From an uncultured Chloroflexia bacterium (lineage in GTDB: Bacteria; Chloroflexota; Limnocylindria; Limnocylindrales; CSP1-4): a stretch of DNA of 64,000 nucleotides. The stretch spans positions 224,001-288,000 of the forward strand of contig CAVPPB010000003.1 of assembly GCA_963707215.1 (NCBI GenBank). The letters are read 5' to 3'. A program made the translations under genes and the position numbers. The notes below the pieces were generated by a model. That model was not told where the DNA came from. It worked only from the letters and a program-made list of their open reading frames with translations, and made no database searches. Below are positions 9,288-19,689 of this stretch, in pieces; the first letter of the stretch is position 1; each line of letters begins with the position of its first letter.

Positions 9288-10649
9288 TCAGACGCTCGGC
9301 AGGGCCGCGAGCGCCTCATCGACCTTCTCGGCCGGGTACTCGTAGTCCTCGAGGCTCCCGTCCAGATACCGCTCATAGGCGGTCAGGTCGAAGTGGCCGT
9401 GGCCGCACAGGTTGAACAGGATGACCCGCTCCTCGCCGGCCTCGCGCGCCTCTATCGCCTCGTCGATGGCGACCTTGAGGGCGTGGGTCGGCTCGGGCGC
9501 CGGGAGGATCCCCTCGGTCCTGGCGAACAGGGTGCCCGCTTCGAAGCAGGCCCGCTGGTGGACGCTCACGGCGTCGATTGCCCCCTGCTCCTTGAGCAGG
9601 CTCACGAGCGACGACATCCCGTGGTACCGGAGGCCGCCGGCGTGGATCGGCTCGGGGATGAAGTCCGACCCAAGGGTGTGCATCTTGACGAGTGGCGTCA
9701 TCCGCGCCGTGTCGCCGAAATCGTAGGCGTAGATCCCCCGCGTCAGCGAGGGCGCGGCCTCGGGCTCGGCGGCGATGACCCGATAGCTCGCCCCGTCGCG
9801 GAACACCCGGCCCAGCCACGGGAAGGTCAGCCCGGCGAAGTTCGACCCGCCGCCGGCGCAGCCGATGATGACGTCCGGCTCCTCGCCGGCCATCGCCATC
9901 TGCTCGATCGATTCGAGGCCGATGACCGTCTGGTGGAGCAGGACGAAATCGAAGACCGACCCGAGCGAGTACTTGGTGCCCGGGTGGGTGACCGTGTCGG
10001 CGATCGCCTCGCTGATGGCCACCCCGAGCGACCCGGTGTGGTCCGGGTCGGACGCCAGGACCTGGCGCCCGTACTCGGTGTCCGGGCTGGGGCTGGCGAC
10101 GACCGAGGCCCCGTAGGTCTCCATGAGGACGCGCCGGTACGGCTTCTGGTCGTAGGAGGCGCGGACCATGTAGACCTTGACCTCGAGCCCGAAGACGGAG
10201 CCCGCGAACGCGAGGGCGCTCCCCCACTGCCCGGCACCGGTCTCGGTCGCCAGACGGGTGACGCCCTCTTCCTTGGCGTAGAAGGCCTGGGCCAGGGCGG
10301 TGTTCGGCTTGTGGCTGCCCGACGGGCTGCCTCCCTCGTACTTGTAGTAGATGTGCGCCGGGGTACCGAGGGCCTGCTCCAGGCGGCGCGCCCGGTACAG
10401 CGGGCTCGGTCGGTAGAGGCGATAGGCGTCCCGGACCGGCCCGGGGATCCCGATCTCCCGGTCCGTCGAGACGACCTGCTTGATGATCTCCATGGGGAAC
10501 AGTGGGGCCAGGTCCCCCGGCCCGATCGGCTGGCCCGTCCCCGGGTTGAGGACCGGCGGCGGCGGCGTCGGGAGATCGGCCGCGATGTTGTACCAGGCCC
10601 GTGGGATCCGGTCTTCGTCGAGCACGAACTTGGTTCGATCGTCAGCCAT
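9288..10649 (-). CDS. trpB2: Tryptophan synthase beta chain, TrpB2 type
   Basis: IPRAWYNI, PSGSHKPNTA (PLP Lys), TETGAGQWG, GGGSNFAG, HAGGLRYHG, NLCGHGHFD; GGAGG RBS. Confidence 0.93.
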   Translation of the reverse strand: MADDRTKFVLDEDRIPRAWYNIAADLPTPPPPVLNPGTGQPIGPGDLAPLFPMEIIKQVVSTDREIGIPGPVRDAYRLYRPSPLYRARRLEQALGTPAHIYYKYEGGSPSGSHKPNTALAQAFYAKEEGVTRLATETGAGQWGSALAFAGSVFGLEVKVYMVRASYDQKPYRRVLMETYGASVVASPSPDTEYGRQVLASDPDHTGSLGVAISEAIADTVTHPGTKYSLGSVFDFVLLHQTVIGLESIEQMAMAGEEPDVIIGCAGGGSNFAGLTFPWLGRVFRDGASYRVIAAEPEAAPSLTRGIYAYDFGDTARMTPLVKMHTLGSDFIPEPIHAGGLRYHGMSSLVSLLKEQGAIDAVSVHQRACFEAGTLFARTEGILPAPEPTHALKVAIDEAIEAREAGEERVILFNLCGHGHFDLTAYERYLDGSLEDYEYPAEKVDEALAALPSV

Positions 10650-10773
10650 GGGTCCTCCGGGCCGTGCGTCGCGGGTTGGCAGGGGTGGACGCGACGTGGG
10701 CCGCCGGCCACTCGGGATGAACGGAGCCTACTGCCGGTCCCAAGGCCGGCGCAACCGTGAGGGGTCGGAGGGA

Positions 10774-11382
10774 TCAGGCCCCCAGCCGCACCTCGAGCAG
10801 CGGCTCGTAGCGAGCCGGTCCGCCGCCGGTGTGACTCTCGAAGAGGGTGACCCGGTCAGCAACGAAGGTCGTCGACCACTCCGCCGCGGACCGGGCCAGG
10901 GCCGCGGCGGTCGGCGGGCCGGAGCGCAGCCCATCGGTCCGGGCGAGCGTCAGGTGGGCGGCGAAGGGCCGGTCGTCGAGCGGATAGCCGAGCGGTTCCA
11001 GCTCACGCGAGATCGAGGCGGCAAGCTCGCGGAGCTGCTCGGCCCCATCCTCCACCCCGATCCAGAGGACCCTGGGTCGGGAGGGCGACGGGAAGGCCCC
11101 GCTGCCGGCAAGGCGGACCGGGAAGCGGACGACGCCGGCCGCGGCCACCGCCAGGGCGTCCTCGATCGCCGGCCGGCGATCCTCGGGGGTCGCGCCCAGG
11201 AAGCGCAGGGTCAGGTGGAGACCTTCGTGCCGGACCCAGCGGGCAGGGCGGTCGTGCCCGTCGGTCTCGACGGCGCCCCGGACCTCATCGACGAGCCGGG
11301 AGACCGCGGCGATCGAAGCCGCATCCACCGGTACGGCGATGAATAGCCGTCGCCCACCGACCGGTACTGCGGGCGTCGTCAC
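10774..11382 (-). CDS. thpR: RNA 2',3'-cyclic phosphodiesterase (2H family)
   Basis: RLFIAV, two HxT motifs (LHLTLRFLG, AHLTLAR), PRVLWIG. Confidence 0.88.
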   Translation of the reverse strand: MTTPAVPVGGRRLFIAVPVDAASIAAVSRLVDEVRGAVETDGHDRPARWVRHEGLHLTLRFLGATPEDRRPAIEDALAVAAAGVVRFPVRLAGSGAFPSPSRPRVLWIGVEDGAEQLRELAASISRELEPLGYPLDDRPFAAHLTLARTDGLRSGPPTAAALARSAAEWSTTFVADRVTLFESHTGGGPARYEPLLEVRLGA

Positions 11383-11428
11383 GTGGACGCCGTCACGGGG
11401 ACGCCGTCACGGGGACGCCGTCACGGGG
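11373..11428. repeat. 14-bp tandem repeat, 3 exact copies plus 1 degenerate copy (ACGCCGTCACGGGG)
   Basis: Exact copies at 11387, 11401 and 11415; degenerate GCGTCGTCACGTGG at 11373. Confidence 0.9.
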
Positions 11429-11952
11429 AGCCCGGCGCGGCCGCCTGCTCGCGCTCCCAGACCAGGCGGTCGTGGCGAAGCACCTCCAGGGCGTCCTCGC
11501 GGCTCCGCCAGCCGACCACGTCGGTCGCCTTCTCCTCGAGCAGCTTGTAGGTCTCGAAGAAGTGCTCGATCTCGACGAGCCGATGGGGCCGCATCTGGTC
11601 GAGGCGCTCGATGTGGGCCTGGTGTGCAGTCGCCGAAGGCCACGCAGAGCGTCTTGAAGTCGAAGCCCTTCTCGTCGCGCATCTCGAGGCCGCCGATCGG
11701 TCGGGCCCAGACGTGACAGCCGGTGAAGGTCGGCTCGTCGATCACCAGGAGCGCGTCAGTGTGATCGCCGTCGTCGGCCCGGGTCCCCTCGATGAAGCCG
11801 TAGTCGAAGTTGTAGAAGACGGCCGACGAGAGGACGCGGTCGAGCCGGAACACGCCGGGCCGCTCGTCGAACTCGTACTTGTTGCGGCTGCCGCGCGAGA
11901 TCTCGACGACGATCTCGACGACGTCGGGGAAGCGGGCGTCCTGGCTGCTCAT
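11421..11952 (-). CDS. ppa: Family I inorganic pyrophosphatase, frameshifted near 11622-11630
   Basis: [30 protein letters not shown]; shifted frame continues [13 protein letters not shown] to TGA at 11421. Confidence 0.87.
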
Positions 11953-12048
11953 GGCCGAACGATACGCGCAGCGCGCCAACCGCCGGCCGGCGCTCGTCGC
12001 GCAAGCCGGCGGGCACGGATCGGCGCGGCGTCGCGGGCCGGCCGGGCG

Positions 12049-13125
12049 TCAGTCGTTGTAGAGCCGCTCCTCGATGAGCTTCTCCTGGACCGTCCGACCG
12101 TTCGGGTCGAAGCAGGCGAACTCGAAGTGCTTCTCGAACTCGAGGTCCACGTTGTCCTGGCCGCCGCGGTTCTTCTCGACCGAGACGACCACCCAGTCGC
12201 GGAAGCGCTGGGCCTGGTAGGGGTTGAACTCGATGTTGACCTTGGCGACGATGTGGTACTTCTCGTTGAGGATCAGGATGATGTCGGCCTCGTAGTTGAT
12301 GGCCGAGCTGCCGCGCAGGTGGAAGTTGCGCAGCCGCGACGCCTTGAGGCCCTCCTTGTCGGCGGCCACGATGGCGATCATCGGGACCGACTCGGCGAGG
12401 GCGATGTCCTTGAGGCCCTGGACGACGTAGGTCACCTTCTCGACCTCCGTCACCGGCTCCGGGATCATCGGCACCTTCTGGAGGTAGTCGACGATGACCA
12501 GCAAGCGCCGATCGCCCGAGAGCGCCCGGTGCTTGCGGACCAGCTGGCGGATGTTGTCGACGGTGCTCGCCGTGGCCGAGCCGCGCATCAGGAAGAGGTT
12601 CTGGCCGTAGCGGGCGATCCGGTCAAGCGAGGGCCGCAGCCGCGGGTTGGTCGCCAGCTGCGGCCCGCCGGCACCCTCGGCCATCCACGTCCCCAGGATC
12701 TCCTTGCGGACGTCCTGGACCTTGATGGCGCCGGTCTTGTGGGGAAGATGGGCCAGCGCCGATTCCGCAGCGATGAGCCGGTTGAGGAGGTAGTGCTCCT
12801 CGTGCTCGAAGCAGATGTAGAGGACGTTCGCCTGACCGCCGGACGCCACGTTGCGGGCCATCTGGAGGGCCATGGTCGTCTTGCCCGTGCCCTGGGCGCC
12901 GCCGATGAGGAGCAGCTCGCCGGGCCGCAGGCCGGTGCCGATGGTCTTGTCCATCGGCGTGAAGCCGAGCGGGACCGGCTGGTACTCGCCGACCTCGCCG
13001 GCGGTGACCCGGTCGTTCAGATCGACCAGCACGTCGAGCGCGGACCTCGGGACCATGCTGCCGTTGTCGGTGTCGAGACGCCACGAGTCCGCGGGCGCCG
13101 TGTTCGTCTGGAGCTCGGTGCTCAC
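12049..13125 (-). CDS. DnaB-like (SF4/RecA-fold) ATPase, C-terminal domain only
   Basis: GELLLIGGAQGTGKT, YICFE, IVDYLQ, LKDIA, LRGSSAINYEADIIL, VEKNRGG; only about 50 aa precede the ATPase core. Confidence 0.8.
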   Translation of the reverse strand: MSTELQTNTAPADSWRLDTDNGSMVPRSALDVLVDLNDRVTAGEVGEYQPVPLGFTPMDKTIGTGLRPGELLLIGGAQGTGKTTMALQMARNVASGGQANVLYICFEHEEHYLLNRLIAAESALAHLPHKTGAIKVQDVRKEILGTWMAEGAGGPQLATNPRLRPSLDRIARYGQNLFLMRGSATASTVDNIRQLVRKHRALSGDRRLLVIVDYLQKVPMIPEPVTEVEKVTYVVQGLKDIALAESVPMIAIVAADKEGLKASRLRNFHLRGSSAINYEADIILILNEKYHIVAKVNIEFNPYQAQRFRDWVVVSVEKNRGGQDNVDLEFEKHFEFACFDPNGRTVQEKLIEERLYND

Positions 13126-13246
13126 GCTGGTCTCAACCTCCCCGGTGGTAACGACGGACGCAAGGGTAGCACCGCCGTCCGCCGCATCCTCCCACCGACC
13201 GGTGCCGCCACACCCCCGCCCGAATGTACCGGGAGGTACCGGTCGG

Positions 13247-14641
13247 TCAGCGGGCCGCTCCCAGCTCGTCCCAGTAGCGGGCCATCGCCCGGATCCCGAG
13301 CTCGAAGTTGCGGAGGTCCATCCACTCGTTGGGGGCGTGGAAGTTGCCGTCCGGGGGAACGAAGCCCATCAGGACGACCGGCAGCCCCAGGACCTGTTCG
13401 AAGGTCGCCACGAAGGGGATCGATCCGCCCTCCCGGATGAAGACGGGGGCCTGCCCGAAGACCGCCTCCAGAGCCTTCGCAGCGGCCCCGACCGCGGGAC
13501 TGTCGATGGCCGTCCGGCTGGGCATGCCCCCGCCCAGGTAGCGGACCTCGACGCTGACCCCGGGTGGGGCGACGTCCAGGACGTAGTCCCGGAAGCGGGC
13601 GAAGATCCGCTCCGGGTCCTGATCGGCGACGAGTCGGCAGCTCACCTTCGCGTGGGCCCGTCCCGGGATGATCGTCTTGGAGCCCTCGCCCTGGTAGCCG
13701 CCCCAGATCCCGTTCACGTCGAGGGTGGGGCGACCGCTCTTGCGCTCGAGGACGCTGAACCCGGCCTCGCCGCTCAGCGCGGGCACACCCAGGCTCGCCC
13801 GGTAGGCCTCCTCGTCGAACGGCAGGGCCGCGTAGGCGGCCCGATCGGCATCGCTCAGGGGAACGACCTCGTCGTAGAAGCCGGGGACGCGGACGCGCCC
13901 ATCGGGGCCCTTGAGGCTGGCGATGATCCCGGCAAGCGCATTGGCCGGGTTCTCGACCGCCCCGCCGTAGCTGCCCGAGTGGACGTCCTGGAAGGGGCCC
14001 TGGACGTCGATCTGGGCGTACATCAGGCCCCGGAGACCGACGGTCAGAGCAGGGATGTTGCCCTCGAAGAAGCCGACGTCGCTGACGATCGCAAGGTCAC
14101 CAGCGAGCCGCCACTTGTTGGCCGCCAGCCACGGCTCGAGGTGCTCCGAGGCTGACTCCTCCTCGCCCTCGAAGACCAGCCGGAGGTTGATCGGAAGCCG
14201 CCCCCGGGTCGCCAGGAGCCCCTCCACCGCCTGGAGCAGGATGGCGACGTTGCCCTTGTCGTCGCTGGCGCCGCGTCCGAGGACCCGCCCTCCGACCACG
14301 ATGGGCTCGAACGGCGGGGCGGTCCACTCGACGATCGGGTCGACAGGCTGGACGTCGTAGTGGCCGTACGCCACGACGGTCGGAGCGCCATCGGCATGGA
14401 GCCAGTCGGCATATACGATCGGGTGGCCGCCGGTCTCCGCGACCTCGACGTTCTCCATGCCGAGCGCCCGCAGTCGCTCGCCGAGCCACTCCGCAGCTCG
14501 CCGGCAGTCCGGGGCGTGGGCTGGATCGGTCGATACGCTCGGGATCCTGATCAGATCCAGGTACGAGCCGAGGCGAGCATCGTAGGTCGCCTGCAGGTAG
14601 GCCTCGAGGGCCGGATCGAGGGCGGGTTCGAGGGCGGTCAT
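13247..14641 (-). CDS. M20 family dipeptidase
   Basis: YGHYDVQP, GRGASDDKG, EGEEE, DVHSG, GGSIP, HAPNE. Confidence 0.9.
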   Translation of the reverse strand: MTALEPALDPALEAYLQATYDARLGSYLDLIRIPSVSTDPAHAPDCRRAAEWLGERLRALGMENVEVAETGGHPIVYADWLHADGAPTVVAYGHYDVQPVDPIVEWTAPPFEPIVVGGRVLGRGASDDKGNVAILLQAVEGLLATRGRLPINLRLVFEGEEESASEHLEPWLAANKWRLAGDLAIVSDVGFFEGNIPALTVGLRGLMYAQIDVQGPFQDVHSGSYGGAVENPANALAGIIASLKGPDGRVRVPGFYDEVVPLSDADRAAYAALPFDEEAYRASLGVPALSGEAGFSVLERKSGRPTLDVNGIWGGYQGEGSKTIIPGRAHAKVSCRLVADQDPERIFARFRDYVLDVAPPGVSVEVRYLGGGMPSRTAIDSPAVGAAAKALEAVFGQAPVFIREGGSIPFVATFEQVLGLPVVLMGFVPPDGNFHAPNEWMDLRNFELGIRAMARYWDELGAAR

Positions 14642-14745
14642 CGGGCTCCCTTCATGGGCTGGGTCCCCACCATCCTAGCCGCGGCAACGAAGACGGACGG
14701 GCCACCCGGGCCCGCCCGTCGGAGCGGCTGGTCGCGGTCAGCCGG

Positions 14746-16680
<1,935 letters not shown>

Positions 16681-16815
16681 CAGGGAGAGCCTCCGGTCGG
16701 ACGACGAGTACCGTCGCCGTCTGACGAGTATAGCGCCGGGCCCACGGGAGGCCGTCCGGGCCGCCCGATGACCATCGTCACCATCGGTACGAACGAGCGG
16801 GATCGGTGGATGGCG

Positions 16816-16885
16816 ACCCGTCCCGCCGTCGGCGACCGGCGGGACGGGTGACGACCGACCCGGTCGGTGCAGCGGGTCGGTCGTC
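16816..16885. terminator. Two tandem GC-rich hairpins just 3' of the tRNA
   Basis: ACCCGTCCCGCCG/CGGCGGGACGGGT (16816-16849) and GACGACCGACCCG/CGGGTCGGTCGTC (16850-16885), 13-bp stems. Confidence 0.6.
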
Positions 16886-16900
16886 GGGGGGATGCGAGGG

Positions 16901-16975
16901 TGGTAGCGGAGGGCGGATTCGAACCACCGACCAAGGGCTTATGAGTCCCCTGCTCTACCACTGAGCTACTCCGCC
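16901..16975 (-). tRNA. tRNA with CAT anticodon, most likely elongator tRNA-Met (Ile2 not excluded)
   Basis: GGCGGAGTAGCTCAGTGGTAGAGCAGGGGACTCATAAGCCCTTGGTCGGTGGTTCGAATCCGCCCTCCGCTACCA; cloverleaf with encoded CCA; G2-C71 and C3-G70; upstream TAGAAT. Confidence 0.93.
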
Positions 16976-17059
16976 AGGGCCGCCGACATTCTACCTCAGG
17001 GCCGGCGTCGAGCCGCTGGTGGGCCTCGTCGCGGTCCCGCAGGGCCGCCCCGCTCCGCG

Positions 17060-18436
17060 CTACGACGCCAGGGTCATCGCCCGGTCCGGCCGGAGCAGGA
17101 ACGGCACGAGGTAGCCGGGTATGTTCGAGAACGGCAGGACATCCGGGTGGAGCTCGATCCCGAGCTGGTCGCGCATGAACCGTCGCCGGGCCTCGATCCG
17201 GGCCCAGGTGTCGGGGAACCGGGTCGCGATGTCATCTCGGAGCGCTCGGTCCGCCAGCGCGATCCCGTCCTCGAGATTGGTGGTGAAGTACTCACCGCCG
17301 GTGGCCGGGATGATGTCGACCTGGAGGGCCATGCCGGACCGCAGCTCGATCGTCGATCCGGCGAAGAAGGGCGAGTTGACCCACTCGTCGAGGTGGATCT
17401 GGTGGCCGGGGTTCAGGAAGATGCCGAAGAAGGGATCGCCGAGACGGCGGGCGATGATCTCGTGGAGGACGCCACCGACCTGGCCGACGCGCAACGCGGC
17501 GTACCACTCGGCGACCGCCTCGAAGTACGGACCGACCAGACGCTCCACGTAGTCGCGGGTCGACATCGGCAGTTCCTGGGCACCGTCGGCGACGAAGCCG
17601 GCCCGGCAGTTCAGGGCGCCCCAGATCCCGAAGGCGACGGTGAACCGGTCACCGCGATCGATCGTCCGGTCGCCGGGGCTGAGGAGACCGAGCGACGCTC
17701 GTGGGCCACTCGAGAGCATCAAGTGGCACGAGAGCGGCGTCCCGTCCCAGTCGAGCAGGCGGACCGCCTCGCGCTCGGTCATCCCTGGCCGCAGCCCGAA
17801 CAGCACCTGCCGGACCCCCTGCGAGGTCCGACACGCAGCGCGCTCGAAGGCCGCCAACTGCTCGGCCTCGTTGATGACCCGCATGCCCTCGGCCGGGTCG
17901 ATCAACAGGTCCGTCGCGTTCTCGACCGTCCCGGTCGCCCCGGCCAGCCGCCGCAGCTCGTCGACCAGGAACGCAGGAGCCTCGAGGATCGTGCGGTCGG
18001 CCAGGGTCTTCCAGCCGACGACGCCGATCGTGGAGCCAGGCCCGATGCCAGCGTCACCGAGGAGCGTGGCGAGGGGTCGCGACCGATCGCGTGGCTGGCT
18101 CGGCAGGCTCAGGTCCTGGAACAGCTCCGCGTTCAGAGACAGCGGCGCCGCACGCGCCATCCCAAGGCATTCGTTGCCCACCAGGATCGTCGGCCGGCCC
18201 GTCGGGCCGACCACCAGGATCGCCTCCTCGAAGCGCGGATCGAAACCGGTCAGGAAGGCCAGGTTGGCGCTGTGCTCCCGGTCCGCGTACACGACCAGTC
18301 GGTCATAGCCTCGGGCGTCGGCTCGTTCGCGAATCGCCTCGAGGCGATCCTCGTAGAGTGCCGGCGGCAATCCCGGGTCTGCGTCCGGGCCGCCGAAGTC
18401 AGGCAGCTCCAGGGATGTCAACCGTGCGTTCGGCAT
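17060..18436 (-). CDS. Xaa-Pro aminopeptidase/creatinase (M24)-like protein
   Basis: Creatinase-type N-domain VVYADREHSANLAFLTGFDPRFEE; pita-bread region PGMTERE, NPGHQIH, NLEDG. Confidence 0.7.
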   Translation of the reverse strand: MPNARLTSLELPDFGGPDADPGLPPALYEDRLEAIRERADARGYDRLVVYADREHSANLAFLTGFDPRFEEAILVVGPTGRPTILVGNECLGMARAAPLSLNAELFQDLSLPSQPRDRSRPLATLLGDAGIGPGSTIGVVGWKTLADRTILEAPAFLVDELRRLAGATGTVENATDLLIDPAEGMRVINEAEQLAAFERAACRTSQGVRQVLFGLRPGMTEREAVRLLDWDGTPLSCHLMLSSGPRASLGLLSPGDRTIDRGDRFTVAFGIWGALNCRAGFVADGAQELPMSTRDYVERLVGPYFEAVAEWYAALRVGQVGGVLHEIIARRLGDPFFGIFLNPGHQIHLDEWVNSPFFAGSTIELRSGMALQVDIIPATGGEYFTTNLEDGIALADRALRDDIATRFPDTWARIEARRRFMRDQLGIELHPDVLPFSNIPGYLVPFLLRPDRAMTLAS

Positions 18437-18750
18437 CGCCTCAATCCCGTTCCTGCCTCGACCGACTCGTCCCAAGCGGGACCGATCCGAGCTCCATCGA
18501 CGCCTCCGTCGCGCTGGGTCCCGTACGGCATTGAAGCACACCGTCCAGGCCAGCGACCGACGCGAACGGTCGTGCAGCCATGGCTCGGCGGTGTCACCCT
18601 AGCCCGTGCGATCGCAGCGGCCGACCGAGTGGCGGAGGGCGCGATGAAGGAACGACCGGGCGTGACGACGGGAGGCTCGGACGGCTCCGCGGTCGAGCGC
18701 ATCCGTGAGCGCCAGGGTCCGGCCGCGCGCTCCCGTGACACCGATCGGCC

Positions 18751-19629
18751 ATGAGCCTCAGCCTCGTCTCCGGCGATGTCGCCGTCGGGATCGAACCGGC
18801 TGCCGGCGGCCGCCTCTGCTCGCTGCGGGTCTACGGGCGCGAGCGCTTGCTCACCGAGCCCGATGCATCCGCTGAGCTGCCACCGATCTCGTGGGGCTCG
18901 TTCGCGATGGTCCCGTGGGTCGGACGGATGTATCGGGGTCATCTCGCGTGGGGCGGCACGGTGAAGCAGCTGCCCCTCGGCCTGGGTGGGCACGCGATCC
19001 ACGGCACCGGCTTCGACCGGCCATGGGACATCGGCTCGGCGGGGCTCACGGCGGTCACGCTCGAGCTGGACCTGGCGGCCGATGGCCGATGGCCGTTCGG
19101 CGGGCAGGTGCGCCAGGCGATCTCCCTCGAGCCCGGAGCGCTCGAGCTCCGGCTGTCGGTGAGGGCCGACTCCGAGATGCCGATCGCCGTCGGCTGGCAC
19201 CCGTGGTTCCGACGGGACCCCGGTGAGCCGATCTCCGTCATCGTCCCGGCAGGATCGGTGCTCGCGACCGATGACGACCTGATCCCCTCGGGCGAAGTGG
19301 TCCCGGTCGACGAACGGACCGATCTCCGCCGCGCGAACGACGTGGGTGATCGGCGACTCGACGATGCGTATGTCGGTGTGGACGGACCGTGCCACGTCGT
19401 CTGGTCGGATCTCGACCTGCGCATCGAGGCGGAGCCCCTGCGATCCGTTCTCGTACATACGACCCCGACCGCCGTCTGCGTCGAGCCGCAGACCGCCTGG
19501 CCGGACGCCATCCGGCTCGCCGCTGCGGGCTTCGCCAGCGGGGTCACGGTCCTCGCACCAGGGGCGGTCCTCGAAGCCTCGACCCGCTGGTCGTGGCGGA
19601 GACGACCAGAGGGGGACGAGTCCGCCTGA
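18751..19629 (+). CDS. Aldose 1-epimerase (mutarotase) family protein
   Basis: MVPWVGR, HAIHG, GWHPWF, VCVEPQT. Confidence 0.85.
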   Translation: MSLSLVSGDVAVGIEPAAGGRLCSLRVYGRERLLTEPDASAELPPISWGSFAMVPWVGRMYRGHLAWGGTVKQLPLGLGGHAIHGTGFDRPWDIGSAGLTAVTLELDLAADGRWPFGGQVRQAISLEPGALELRLSVRADSEMPIAVGWHPWFRRDPGEPISVIVPAGSVLATDDDLIPSGEVVPVDERTDLRRANDVGDRRLDDAYVGVDGPCHVVWSDLDLRIEAEPLRSVLVHTTPTAVCVEPQTAWPDAIRLAAAGFASGVTVLAPGAVLEASTRWSWRRRPEGDESA

Positions 19630-19689
19630 TCGAGCCTCCGGGCTCACGGCCCTGGCGACTCGCGCCGGCATCGTCAGCCGTCCGGACGC

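Noticed and set aside
11373-11428. Tandem repeat as a mini-CRISPR array
   Set aside because: Units are 14 bp and contiguous with no spacers, and no cas genes are present.
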